Positions 15,237-24,000 of a stretch of 24,000 nt of DNA are shown piece after piece. The notes below the pieces were generated by a model. The model was not told the origin of the DNA. It worked only from the letters and a program-made list of their open reading frames with translations, and searched no databases. The position numbers were made by a program, and so were the translations under genes. Positions within the stretch are counted from its first letter, which is position 1. Each line of letters opens with the position of its first letter. The stretch comes from Candidatus Heimdallarchaeota archaeon. Lineage in GTDB: Archaea; Asgardarchaeota; Heimdallarchaeia; Hodarchaeales; Hodarchaeaceae. The stretch lies in contig RDOB01000004.1 in NCBI GenBank assembly GCA_011364965.1, forward strand, positions 398,309 to 422,308. Reading direction: 5' to 3'.

Positions 15237-16202
15237 ATGGAGATCGAAGATATAATGAAAGATGAAAAAAGTCTTGAAAAACCAAGGAATTATTCTTGTT
15301 GTGGGTCTACTCCCTCAGAATCAGCTAAGGATGACCAATCAATTATAGAAGATGAAAAAATTCGTCAGAAAATACGACAACAATATGCAAATTTTGCAAA
15401 CCAAAGTACATCATCCCAGACTGAAGTGGTCAATCCTGGTAATTATACTTCCTATACTGAGGAGGATTTACAAAAGCTTCCTGAAGGAGCTGATTTGGGT
15501 TTAGGCTCTGGAAATCCAGTAGCGTTGGCTGATATTCGTGAAGGAGAAGTAATCGTAGATCTAGGGTCGGGTGCAGGTATTGATTGTTTTTTAGCTTCGC
15601 AAAAAACTGGGGATAGTGGTAAAGTTATAGGAATTGACATGACAGCAGAGATGATCAGCAAAGCGAGGAGTAACGCTAGAGGAAGTGGATTAAAAAATAT
15701 AGAATTCAGATTGGGGGAAATTGAACATCTACCTGTCGCAGATAGCTCGGTCGATGTAATAATTTCAAATTGCGTTATCAACCTTTCTATGGATAAGCTC
15801 CAAGTTTTTAGAGAGGCATACAGAATTTTAAAACCCGGAGGAAGATTAATGATTTCGGATATAGTCTTGCAGGAGGAATTTCCAGAAGTGGTGAAAAAAG
15901 CTCTGGCTGATGCACCAGGTTGTGTCTCTAGAGCTTGGGTTAGAGAGGATTATTTGACTGTTATTGAAGAAGCTGGTTTTGAAGCGGTAGAAATGATTGA
16001 AGCTCAAGTAATTCGACCTCAAAAAAAAATAGAAGAACAAGCAAATGGAACATTCAAAGGTAAAATTATTAGTGATGGTCAAGCTGTTGAAGTTGATTTA
16101 AGTCCTGATGAGGCAACTCGTTTAGCGAATACAATTATGAAAGCCCATATTAAAGCTATCAAACCCTTAACCCCCTCAGATTACGAAAATTTGAACCATT
16201 AA
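15237..16202 (+). CDS. arsM: Arsenite S-adenosylmethionine methyltransferase (ArsM/AS3MT family)
   Basis: The SAM-binding and downstream block match the ArsM pattern closely: 'VIVDLGSGAGIDCFLASQKTGDSGKVIGIDMTAEMISKAR...NIEFRLGEIEHLPVADSSVDVIISNCVINLS...FREAYRILKPGGRLMISDIV'. An N-terminal vicinal Cys pair ('YSCCGS') is present. Cysteines also occur in the IDCF and SNCV contexts. Confidence 0.9.
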   Translation: MEIEDIMKDEKSLEKPRNYSCCGSTPSESAKDDQSIIEDEKIRQKIRQQYANFANQSTSSQTEVVNPGNYTSYTEEDLQKLPEGADLGLGSGNPVALADIREGEVIVDLGSGAGIDCFLASQKTGDSGKVIGIDMTAEMISKARSNARGSGLKNIEFRLGEIEHLPVADSSVDVIISNCVINLSMDKLQVFREAYRILKPGGRLMISDIVLQEEFPEVVKKALADAPGCVSRAWVREDYLTVIEEAGFEAVEMIEAQVIRPQKKIEEQANGTFKGKIISDGQAVEVDLSPDEATRLANTIMKAHIKAIKPLTPSDYENLNH

Positions 16203-16204
16203 GC

Positions 16205-16213
16205 TTATTTTTT
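16205..16213 (+). terminator. Oligo-T tract after arsM
   Basis: The sequence ttatttttt begins 3 nt after the stop codon, with a T6 run at 16208-16213. Confidence 0.35.
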
Positions 16214-16296
16214 GAGAAAATAACTTCTGTGAGGTGTTACAGTACTACCGAAGACTAATATGGTAAGACAAAAAAAACAATATCGAGGCATTCTGT

Positions 16297-16914
16297 GTGA
16301 TTATTACAAATCCACTCCCTGATATAATCGTATACACAAAGTTCATAATCATTGCTGACATCGCTAATCCTTATACACTTAATATTCCCTTTTTTTGTCA
16401 ACGCTGTGGACAGTGTTGCAGGGATATTGCCTTTCCAGAACCTAAACAATTCATGAAACTGGCTCAGAAATTTTCAGACCAGATTCAGGTCTTCCTTGAT
16501 GATCCTGATCTCGCAGATAGAGGGTTAAAGAAACCTTGTTTCTTTTTACAAGTCAATAACCTTTGCTCGATCTACCAAGAGAGAACTAAACTTTGTCGGG
16601 AGTGGTTCCCTCGTAGTGGAAAAAAATGTCCAGCATATCTTCAACACATTAAGATATGCAGATATTTTTTAAAAAATCAAGCATACCAAGTAGGAGTACG
16701 GGAGCTTATCTACATAGGAGAGAAATCTTACGATCCCAATTATCCTCTAGTTAAAAATCTGGAAGAAATCAATCGAGAATTAATAGACTACATTTATCCA
16801 TCCGAATCCATTGCAAGGAGAATTTGGAGACAAATACTTCAGCTGCGACTCAAAGAAGAGGAAAAACTAATTTTTCGTGCAATAAATCCGATTTTTACAC
16901 ACATTTTAATGTGA
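16297..16914 (+). CDS. YkgJ/UPF0153-type cysteine-cluster (CxxCxxCC) protein
   Basis: 'FFCQRCGQCCRD' is the CxxCxxCC motif. Downstream cysteines occur in 'KKPCFFLQVNNLCSIYQERTKLCREW' and 'KKCPAY'. The start is GTG and its position is uncertain. Confidence 0.7.
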   Translation: MIITNPLPDIIVYTKFIIIADIANPYTLNIPFFCQRCGQCCRDIAFPEPKQFMKLAQKFSDQIQVFLDDPDLADRGLKKPCFFLQVNNLCSIYQERTKLCREWFPRSGKKCPAYLQHIKICRYFLKNQAYQVGVRELIYIGEKSYDPNYPLVKNLEEINRELIDYIYPSESIARRIWRQILQLRLKEEEKLIFRAINPIFTHILM

Positions 16915-16927
16915 AAATCCAAAGGGT

Positions 16928-17395
16928 TTAGGTTCTCATCCTGTAAGTCATTTCATTGTGGATACTTTCAAAACCAAATTTCTCGTATAACTTCTGCCCA
17001 GTTTCAGTTGTGTGGAGACGGATGAGAGAAACTCCTTGCTCCTGAACATAATTCACTAAGGTTTTAAATAATAACGATCCAATACCCTTATTTCGCCATT
17101 TTGAGAGTGTAAACATGTTCATAATATATGCTTCTTTACCTGATGGATTATTGGGAGAAGGAGGTTTCTGAAGAAAAACAAGACCACTGACTGCAATCAC
17201 TGATCCCTCTGATTCTGCAAGCCATGCAATAAACTCATTTCTTTCAATCGCAGATTGAAAATAATCAAAACAAGCTTGGGAAAAAGGTTTTTCCTCTTGT
17301 ACCGATGAAATTAGATTCATTTCACGAAATAATTTAATACGAAACATGATCAAGGATGGAATATCTTTAGCAGTGACTTGCCGAATGGTATACAT
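16928..17395 (-). CDS. GNAT-family N-acetyltransferase
   Basis: The protein is 155 aa. The acetyl-CoA-binding motif A is 'WRNKGIGSLLFKTLVNYVQEQG' and the C-terminal motif is 'KLYEKFGFE'. Confidence 0.85.
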   Translation of the reverse strand: MYTIRQVTAKDIPSLIMFRIKLFREMNLISSVQEEKPFSQACFDYFQSAIERNEFIAWLAESEGSVIAVSGLVFLQKPPSPNNPSGKEAYIMNMFTLSKWRNKGIGSLLFKTLVNYVQEQGVSLIRLHTTETGQKLYEKFGFESIHNEMTYRMRT

Positions 17396-17778
17396 CTACT
17401 TTCAATCCATTAAAATAATAATAATACCGAGTAATAACATTTGACTGAGAAATTTTAGAATTGGTAATATCCCGTAATTTATTTGGTAATAAGTTTTTGT
17501 TTATAGGGATTCAAATTTCAAATGAATAAATTTTCTGATTTTAAGTTTGGTATTCGTGGAATTATTTAGGGGATATTCTCTTGAAATAACCTAAAGGAGA
17601 CTCTTTTTTATGAAATTATATCCAGAATGTAAAAAATGGCCTAATAATCTCTTCTTAAATAATTAATGACTAGAATCTTAGCTAGTAGACGTCCGAACAT
17701 CAATTCTCGAATGTCTCGTTTCCGAAGGAAAAAAGAACCCAGTTATTAGTTTCTTGAATAGTATGAATATGTGTGCAT

Positions 17779-18606
17779 TTATTCAAACCTAAAGTGGACA
17801 ATTCGAGACATTTTTCTGATGAAGGGAATGAACCTTAAGATCTTGAAGATTCCTATTCTCGCTTCTCTTTCATTAAAAAAAGACCATTCACTGACGAATT
17901 GAAGTTTTGGGCTCCAATTCTCAATTTCATGTATATCTTTCAACCCCCATTTGAATTCTGCTTGAAACTCTTTAAGACCGATATTCTTATTGACATCTTT
18001 GACCATAAAATTAGTATAAACATCAAAAAAAATCTCTGCTTTCGGAAATGAATTCACCATTTCTCGGAAGAGGGATTTCACTTTTATCAATGGGAGATAT
18101 ACCAGAACTGCTTCTGCTATAAAAAGAACTGGGTCTTGAATTTTAGATGAAAGTGAAAGAATCCTTGGAATCCAAGAGTAATCAAGAAGTGAATATCCAA
18201 GAAATGGATTTCTTGGATTTTCAGATAGGAGTTTTTTTCTGATATTGATAACCTCGGGAAGATCAAGATCAATAAAAGTAAGAAAGCCATTATCTATCCG
18301 TTCAAAACGGCTGTCCAATCCTGATCCAAAACTAACGACTAATCCCTTAGGATATTTTTCGAGATATGATCTGACTTGGTTATCAAAATACCTAGCACGC
18401 AAGGCATGTCCGACAATCGCGGGTTTTTCTAAGGAATTTTGAAGAGATAGAAAATCAAAATCAATATGCTCTATAAGTTCTAAGGCCTTTTTGTCATTCA
18501 AAATAGATTTTTGCGCCTTTGCATCAAGTGCTCGAGAGAGTAGGGGCATTAACAAGGTGTTTTCCACTCCTGTTAGCTGGTCGACTTTAACATATTGATT
18601 TTGCAT
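17779..18606 (-). CDS. Class I SAM-dependent O-methyltransferase, leucine carboxyl methyltransferase / TcmP-like (COG3315-type)
   Basis: The N-terminal 'ENTLLMPLLSRALDAK...ILNDKKALELIEHIDFDF' and the 'VVSFGSGLDSRFERI' block match the LCM/COG3315 pattern (TLliPLyaRA...DP.A; nLGaGLDtR). Confidence 0.7.
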   Translation of the reverse strand: MQNQYVKVDQLTGVENTLLMPLLSRALDAKAQKSILNDKKALELIEHIDFDFLSLQNSLEKPAIVGHALRARYFDNQVRSYLEKYPKGLVVSFGSGLDSRFERIDNGFLTFIDLDLPEVINIRKKLLSENPRNPFLGYSLLDYSWIPRILSLSSKIQDPVLFIAEAVLVYLPLIKVKSLFREMVNSFPKAEIFFDVYTNFMVKDVNKNIGLKEFQAEFKWGLKDIHEIENWSPKLQFVSEWSFFNEREARIGIFKILRFIPFIRKMSRIVHFRFE

Positions 18607-18947
18607 GATTTTTATCCTACTTTATTGAAATTAAAAAGGTACTATTGTTCTCTATGTAAATGCTCCAGACTTCAGAAATGTGAAATAGAAACAGTAAAGT
18701 GATTTATACTCTCATAAAGAATAACTAAAAATTGTATCTGATTTGAAAATCGATTGAGAATTTATTAAACTTAGAGAAAACAATTTGTAAAAGAGTAAAG
18801 AATATTTAATCAAAGGAGATCTTAATTTTTTCAATTTCTAAGCGCAAGGTTTAAATAAAAGAAAAACGCATTACTAACCGACGAATTTTACTAAGAAACA
18901 GTAAGAAGAGTCTCAACTATCATCAAAAGGTTAATCGAGGTGATATT

Positions 18948-19016
18948 GTGGCCGAAGAAAAGAAAAAAGAACAGATTCCTAAAAAGCCCCAAGAAACCAG
19001 AAAGCCTAAGAAATAA
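18948..19016 (+). CDS. Candidate micro-ORF (22 aa, Lys-rich: VAEEKKKEQIPKKPQETRKPKK)
   Basis: The start is GTG, preceded by GAGGTGAT (18937-18944). That is an 8-nt match to the expected anti-Shine-Dalgarno complement, at about 7 nt spacing from the GAGG core. There is no homology evidence. Confidence 0.2.
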   Translation: MAEEKKKEQIPKKPQETRKPKK

Positions 19017-19061
19017 CAGCTCTCTATGGTTGGCATATTGCTTTAAATTTACTTAAATTTT

Positions 19062-19092
19062 GGATAGGAAGTGTGTTGAACACTTCTTATCC
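19062..19092. terminator. Strong hairpin between convergent genes (bidirectional terminator-like)
   Basis: GGATAGGAAGTGT-gttga-ACACTTCTTATCC forms a 13-bp stem with one G:U pair and a 5-nt loop. It lies between the micro-ORF end (19016) and the stop of the minus-strand MFS gene (19113). Short T/A runs flank it. Confidence 0.4.
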
Positions 19093-19112
19093 ATTCATTC
19101 TCTATTATTAAT

Positions 19113-20576
19113 CTATTTGCTGATTTTCTCTTTTTCAATACGTTTTATTTGCTGGTAATTCTTAAGAATACTTGAAGAGATATTTGTCATCTGTTTAAAA
19201 CCTATTGAGATAGGTAAAACTCTAAAAAATTTCTTCATTTCTATAAAAACCTCTTGAATGACAATTTTTTCGTCTACTTCTCCAACTTCTTGAATATTAG
19301 TTAGGAAAAATAAGGTAGTAGATCCTAGGAGCGCAGCTAGCAAAAATAATATATCAAAACTATTGAATATCCAGAATGAAAACTTTAGAGTTGTCAACCC
19401 CTCATCTATTATTCCAGCTAATAAGGGTGCTATACCCGAAGCAAATGCAATAACAATATTTCGAACAGCCAAATAGGAAGTTGCATTTCCCCTAGGTGCA
19501 AGTTTTAGTCCAATATTTGCTGTTGCTAGATTTATTCCTGCAATAGAAATACCGATAAAAAGATAAATAAGAATTAATAGCGCTATAAGAACCAATCTAA
19601 CCTTTATTAAGGGAGTAAAAATCCATAAGAAAATACTGAATAATAATAACGGACACGAGATAAGTAGGACTGATTTATTACTGAATTTGTCAATAATATT
19701 TCCCCAAATCCTAAAGAAGAATACATTTACTAATTGGGACATCATTTGAAAGATAATAATCAGACTTAGATCCAATTTCAGGATGTTTATTAAATAAACT
19801 GTAAAGAAAGGAGTGGCTAAATTAATGAAAAAGTTCCAAGTGAAAAGAAATAGAATCAAGTGCTTGAAATTGATGTCTCCAAAAGGAGTGAGAAAAATCC
19901 GTGTGTAATTATTACGAGAAATTATAGGTTTGATTTTCATCTGAGGCTCGAATATTAAGGAAACGATGCCCACTCCGATCATGCCTACAATAAATCCCCC
20001 TAGAAAAAGAATAGAATAAGCATATAATAAAGTTGAAGGAGATGTTGCACGCCAGTAGTCAAGGAAAAGTCCAGCGATAAGCGCAACCACGATACCAAAA
20101 CCCATGGCCCAAGTCATTCTTCGGGAAAAAAAATGTCCCATCACTTCTTCAGGAATTAAATCTCTCATCCAGGAATCCCAACTGCAATTACCTATGGCTC
20201 CAATTGAATAGTGCAGAGCAATTAGAACAAGTAATGTTGGAATTGCTAATTCTATTGAATATAAAACAGGCACAAATATCATAGGAAGAAGAAAAAATCG
20301 AGAAAGTGAGGTGGCAATAATATTGATTCTTCTTCTAACTTGATATTTTTCAATTAAATAAATAGCTGGAATTTGAATAAGTTGGGCTAAAAAGGGAATA
20401 GCAATGATAAAACCAATAATTATACTGTTGGCACCTAAATCAAGAGCAAAAGAAATTAAAAATACTCCACTAGTTAAAGTAAGCATGATTTGGGTAGTGA
20501 TCCCATCTCTAAGAACTCGGATTAAGCTCTGTCGGGTCTCCTCTTCTGATAATGACTCCTTAGTTCGAGATTTCAT
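19113..20576 (-). CDS. MFS-type membrane transporter
   Basis: The 487-aa protein is polytopic and hydrophobic. The loop 'SWDSWMRDLIPEEVMGHFFSRR' resembles one found in some MFS subfamilies. The substrate is unknown. Confidence 0.65.
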   Translation of the reverse strand: MKSRTKESLSEEETRQSLIRVLRDGITTQIMLTLTSGVFLISFALDLGANSIIIGFIIAIPFLAQLIQIPAIYLIEKYQVRRRINIIATSLSRFFLLPMIFVPVLYSIELAIPTLLVLIALHYSIGAIGNCSWDSWMRDLIPEEVMGHFFSRRMTWAMGFGIVVALIAGLFLDYWRATSPSTLLYAYSILFLGGFIVGMIGVGIVSLIFEPQMKIKPIISRNNYTRIFLTPFGDINFKHLILFLFTWNFFINLATPFFTVYLINILKLDLSLIIIFQMMSQLVNVFFFRIWGNIIDKFSNKSVLLISCPLLLFSIFLWIFTPLIKVRLVLIALLILIYLFIGISIAGINLATANIGLKLAPRGNATSYLAVRNIVIAFASGIAPLLAGIIDEGLTTLKFSFWIFNSFDILFLLAALLGSTTLFFLTNIQEVGEVDEKIVIQEVFIEMKKFFRVLPISIGFKQMTNISSSILKNYQQIKRIEKEKISK

Positions 20577-20910
20577 TGCTTAATCTCCAATATTCCTCAA
20601 TACCTCTGTTAAATTAACCCAACATAAAAAGCTGTTTCATCCTACCTGAATGCAAAATTCATCAATATAACCTGATGAGGCCTCTTCTTTCTGAACATTA
20701 AATTGGCCCCTACTATTGATAACATTCAGATCCCTAAATTAATTAAATAATAATAATGGGGAAAAAAACTAATAGATTAACTAAAGTAAGAATCTAAAGA
20801 TATATACCGCGAAAACCAGTTTAATAATAAGATTCAAGACCGATTAAAATGAATAGAAATTCAAGTTAAACGATATTTATAGGTCAAAACGCGCTTAAAT
20901 GTGATTTCCT

Positions 20911-22491
20911 GTGATAAATCACTCAAAAATAGAATTTAAGAAAATTGAAACCCTTTTACAGAAAGGAAAATTTTCTTTAGCATATAATATAATTATAGAA
21001 AATCTAAAAGAAAATAATTTGTTAAATAGAGATCAAGTAACACTAAAGCTCCTGATGGGTCAATGTTTTGTCAAACAGGGAAAATTTCAAGAAGCCATTG
21101 ATATCATTACAAGCATTTCAACTGAATGTGAAAGATTAGGAGAAATTAATTTAACAATTCAAGCTTTTCTTCTCCTTACAGAAATATATTGGCGTATGGG
21201 AAAAATAATCGAGAGTAAAGAAGTCCTCACCCAATGTGAAGTCCTTCTAGAAGGATTGAGTGAGGAAAAATCCAAAAGGAAAGGGGAATACTTTCACCAG
21301 AAAGGAAGCATTCAGATGCGACAAGGAGAGCTGGATGACGCTCTCTCCTCATTTCAAACAGCTTTCGAATATCAAAAAGAAAATGAGCAGCTATATAATT
21401 TGGGGCAGACATTAAATTCTATTGGAGTAACCTACTTCTTCAAAGGAAAATTAAATGAAGCATTAAAAAGCTATAACCTATCCATAGAGTTTAAAGAGGA
21501 ATTAGGAAATCCCCAGCAAATCGCTATTGCATATAATAACATTGGAGACGTTTATCATACTCAGGGAGAATTAAAAAAGGCATATGAATATTATACAAAA
21601 GCTTTAGACCTCTTCAAAGAATCAGGAAATAAAGAACACATTTTTTCAGGATATCACAATATTGGAAAATTTTTTCATCAAAAACGCGATTTTGTGAACG
21701 CGAGAGATTATTTTACTAAAGCTGCAGAAATTGCAGAAGAATCAAAAAATGTTTTCAGTCTTTCAGAAAATCTATTTCACCAGATTTTGGTGAGTCTGGA
21801 TTTAAAGGACCCAAAAACAACAAATATCTATTTAGAACAATTGCAGAGAATATCTAAGGGAAATCCTAATAAAATCATACAACTGAGACTTAGAGTCGCT
21901 CAAGCATTAGTACAAAAGACAACGACCCGAATCAAAGACAGGATGACTGCCTTGAGCTCATTGCAATCGCTTATTGCAGAAAAACCTGTAAATCACGAAT
22001 TATTGGTTATAGCTATGCTTCATACAACTGAATTATTGCTATACGAACTAAAGCTTTCAGAAACAAACGAAGAAGAGGTGCTACAGGAATTAAAAAATCT
22101 AGCCAGTTCTCTAGAGAAGATAGCTCAAGACCAACAACTCCATTCACTCCTTGCAGAAACCTACCTATTGCAATCACGACTTGCTCTCATAGATTTAGAC
22201 ATCAAGAGGACAAAAGAGCTCCTGATGACAGCACAACTAATAGCTGATGAAAGAGGGTTAATAAAATTAGCATCCACCATTAAAAATGAATTAGAATTAT
22301 TGAAATCACAATTAAACAATTGGGAATTCATAATCGAGCAAAAACCAAACGTGAAAGATATCTCTGCACTTAGCCTGATCGATGACCTAGTTCAAAGGAT
22401 GATCAGACGCAAAGTATATCTGAGTGAGAGGGAAGCGATGGATTATTTAACGGAGGCAAAGCGTCTATTGAAAACTTGGGAAAAAACGTGA
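20911..22491 (+). CDS. Tetratricopeptide-repeat (TPR_12 / LGN-KLC-like) protein
   Basis: The 34-aa repeat pattern recurs, for example 'LGQTLNSIGVTYFFKGKLNEALKSYNLSIEFKEELGNPQQIAIAYNNIGDVYHTQGELKKAYEYYTKALDLFKESGN'. The start is GTG. Confidence 0.85.
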   Translation: MINHSKIEFKKIETLLQKGKFSLAYNIIIENLKENNLLNRDQVTLKLLMGQCFVKQGKFQEAIDIITSISTECERLGEINLTIQAFLLLTEIYWRMGKIIESKEVLTQCEVLLEGLSEEKSKRKGEYFHQKGSIQMRQGELDDALSSFQTAFEYQKENEQLYNLGQTLNSIGVTYFFKGKLNEALKSYNLSIEFKEELGNPQQIAIAYNNIGDVYHTQGELKKAYEYYTKALDLFKESGNKEHIFSGYHNIGKFFHQKRDFVNARDYFTKAAEIAEESKNVFSLSENLFHQILVSLDLKDPKTTNIYLEQLQRISKGNPNKIIQLRLRVAQALVQKTTTRIKDRMTALSSLQSLIAEKPVNHELLVIAMLHTTELLLYELKLSETNEEEVLQELKNLASSLEKIAQDQQLHSLLAETYLLQSRLALIDLDIKRTKELLMTAQLIADERGLIKLASTIKNELELLKSQLNNWEFIIEQKPNVKDISALSLIDDLVQRMIRRKVYLSEREAMDYLTEAKRLLKTWEKT

Positions 22492-23510
22492 ATACCTCAT
22501 ATAAACACGAATCTCTTCTCTATGAAAAATTAGGTGAAAAGAAAGTCCAATGTCTCACCTGTGAACATCAATGCCTCATTCAACAAGGAAAAATAGGGAG
22601 ATGTAATACACGGATAAATGAAGAGGGAATTTTATATACGTTAAACTATGGTTTGGTGTCCTCCTATTCAATTAATCCCATTGAAAAAAAACCGTTATTT
22701 CATTATCATCCAGGGACATATGCTGCCACTTTAGGATCGTTATCGTGTAATTTTAGCTGTTTATGGTGTCAAAACTGGGAAATAAGCAAAACAAATCCAT
22801 TTGAGACTGCAACTACTAGTTTTTTATCCCCAAATGAAGTTGAAAGGAGAATAATTAAAAATAGTGCGATAACTGGAGTTTCGTTTTCTTTCAATGAACC
22901 TACTTTGTCACTGGAATACGCTCTTGATATATTTAACCTTTTAGATGACAATATCTACAAAATGCTTGTAACTAATGGGTATATGACGATAAAAGCACTA
23001 GATTTATTGATCAAGGGAGGACTAACAGGGGTGAGCGTTACGATCAAAGGGGATGAATCAATGGTAAAAAAATATTGTAAAGCGAATGTGAGTAAAGTAT
23101 GGGAGAAAATTGAGTATCTAGTGGAGAAAGGAATTCATGTTGAAATTATCTGCTTAATTATCCCCACCCTAAACGATAACATTGCTTTTTATCAAGAAGT
23201 ATCCACAAAAATCTTGACTATAGACAAAAAAATACCACTGCATTTCACTCGATTCTTCCCGAGTTATAAATTTACCCAAGTGGAAGCTACGCCAATTAGT
23301 ACTCTAGAGAAAGCTCATGGAACAGCAAAAAGGATAGGTTTAGAGTACGTATACCTTGGAAATGTTAACGGTCACACACTGGAAAATACATATTGTCCTA
23401 AGTGTCAGGAACTCCTGATCCAGCGGACTGGTTATCGCCTCAAGATGTATTTAGATCTCAAAAAAGCCCAATGTCCGAAGTGTGGTTTGATGATTCCACT
23501 CCAAACCTAA
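22476..23510 (+). CDS. AmmeMemoRadiSam-system radical SAM enzyme (AmrS-like, PFL-activase-related)
   Basis: The N-terminal 'VQCLTCEHQCLIQQGKIGRCNTRINEEG', then 'NPIEKKPLFHYHPG', match the AmrS pattern as I recall it. The radical SAM motif is CX3CX2C in 'CNFSCLWCQNW'. The C-terminal zinc ribbon is 'CPKCQ...CPKCG'. The start is either TTG 22476 or GTG 22488. The GTG forms a GTGA overlap with the TPR stop. Confidence 0.85.
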   Translation: MGKNVNTSYKHESLLYEKLGEKKVQCLTCEHQCLIQQGKIGRCNTRINEEGILYTLNYGLVSSYSINPIEKKPLFHYHPGTYAATLGSLSCNFSCLWCQNWEISKTNPFETATTSFLSPNEVERRIIKNSAITGVSFSFNEPTLSLEYALDIFNLLDDNIYKMLVTNGYMTIKALDLLIKGGLTGVSVTIKGDESMVKKYCKANVSKVWEKIEYLVEKGIHVEIICLIIPTLNDNIAFYQEVSTKILTIDKKIPLHFTRFFPSYKFTQVEATPISTLEKAHGTAKRIGLEYVYLGNVNGHTLENTYCPKCQELLIQRTGYRLKMYLDLKKAQCPKCGLMIPLQT

Positions 23511-23767
23511 ATTATAAAGATGAAACTTGAATATCAAATAAAAATCAGATAATATTCGTTGAAATATGGCATCTGGATACAATGAGATCCGAGCAGACAC
23601 GTTATTTATTTTTTTGGTCTACTGCCTTTATGAATAGCATGGATTTATACCTAATTTATCAATAAATTAGCTGAATTGAACTAGCACATAATTACCTAAT
23701 TTAAGTCAGAAAATCCTCTTATTGAAAAATTTATTAGACCATCCTATTTTTAAGAAATTGAACAATA

Positions 23768-24000
23768 ATGGTTGAGATCATAAAATCCCATCCCATATTC
23801 TTCTATTTCTTTTTTGCCCTTACTTTTGCATGGATAATCTGGATCCCAATGGCTTTACATACACTAGGAGTCATAAATTTCCCTTTTCCTATAATAATTG
23901 GACAATCATTGGGCACAATTAGTGTTCTAGCAGCATTATTTGTGTTGGAAAAGCTTACTAAGAAAGAAGTAACATTAAATGAAATTTTTAATAAAGCAAA
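23768..24000 (+). CDS. Membrane protein, 3'-partial at the window edge (possibly CPBP/CAAX-protease-like N-terminus)
   Basis: The frame is open from the ATG at 23768 to the window end (77 codons, no stop). It is absent from the ORF track, presumably because it is incomplete. 'HPIFFYFFFALTFAWIIWIP' followed by a second hydrophobic helix gives a weak family hint only. Confidence 0.4.
   Translation, partial: MVEIIKSHPIFFYFFFALTFAWIIWIPMALHTLGVINFPFPIIIGQSLGTISVLAALFVLEKLTKKEVTLNEIFNKA

Noticed and set aside
17610-17666. An 18-aa ORF (MKLYPECKKWPNNLFLNN) behind AAAGGAGA in the 383-nt GNAT/methyltransferase intergenic region. Similar tiny ORFs occur at 17522-17569 and 23566-23637.
   Set aside because: They are very short, have no conservation evidence available and lie in AT-rich sequence where such frames arise by chance. 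Support is weaker than for the 18948 micro-ORF.
20672-20694. A C/D-box sRNA-like arrangement: CTGATGA, a 12-nt spacer, then CTGA.
   Set aside because: The 12-nt spacing is suggestive. However, the base before UGAUGA is C rather than a purine, no proper C'/D second half follows (only TGATAA...CAGA at the wrong spacing), and I found no terminal stem. A TGATGA at 7838-7843 and a minus-strand GTGATGA near 8099-8105 also lack downstream CUGA boxes.
1-24000. A scan for CRISPR arrays, rRNA genes, transposases or IS elements, and long terminal or inverted repeats.
   Set aside because: I saw no regularly spaced 25-40-nt repeats, no rRNA-like sequence and no transposase- or integrase-like translation on either strand.

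Overview
This is an AT-rich archaeal chromosomal segment. The archaeal call rests on a proteasome-activating nucleotidase (PAN), a zinc-ribbon MBF1, a RIO kinase next to a two-KH Dim2/Pno1-like protein, ribosomal proteins uS8 and uL6, and three tRNAs without encoded CCA, one with a bulge-helix-bulge intron at position 37/38. A Rab-like small GTPase encoded next to a Roadblock/LC7 protein, together with the low GC content, suggests an Asgard (Lokiarchaeia-like) genome. That lineage call is inference only. I can support about 24 protein genes, 3 tRNAs and a few intergenic repeats or hairpins. I saw no CRISPR array, rRNA, transposase or integrase. Four candidates deserve a second look. (1) A tightly coupled five-gene cluster at 2031-6586 encodes a Rab-like GTPase, a single-domain KaiC-like ATPase, a Roadblock/LC7 protein, a FIST sensor and an MFS permease. 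(2) At 10187-14394, next to tRNA-Asn, a HerA/FtsK-type ATPase with a long unrecognised N-terminal region lies beside a 617-aa protein carrying an HExxH motif. (3) At 20911-23510 a TPR protein overlaps the start of an AmmeMemoRadiSam-type radical SAM enzyme that has no AMMECR1 or Memo partner in view. (4) At 14721-16202 a PadR-type regulator with a C-terminal CC...C cysteine cluster is divergent from arsM, across a perfect tandem 13-nt repeat. All protein calls come from motif recognition in the supplied translations. No database search was run.
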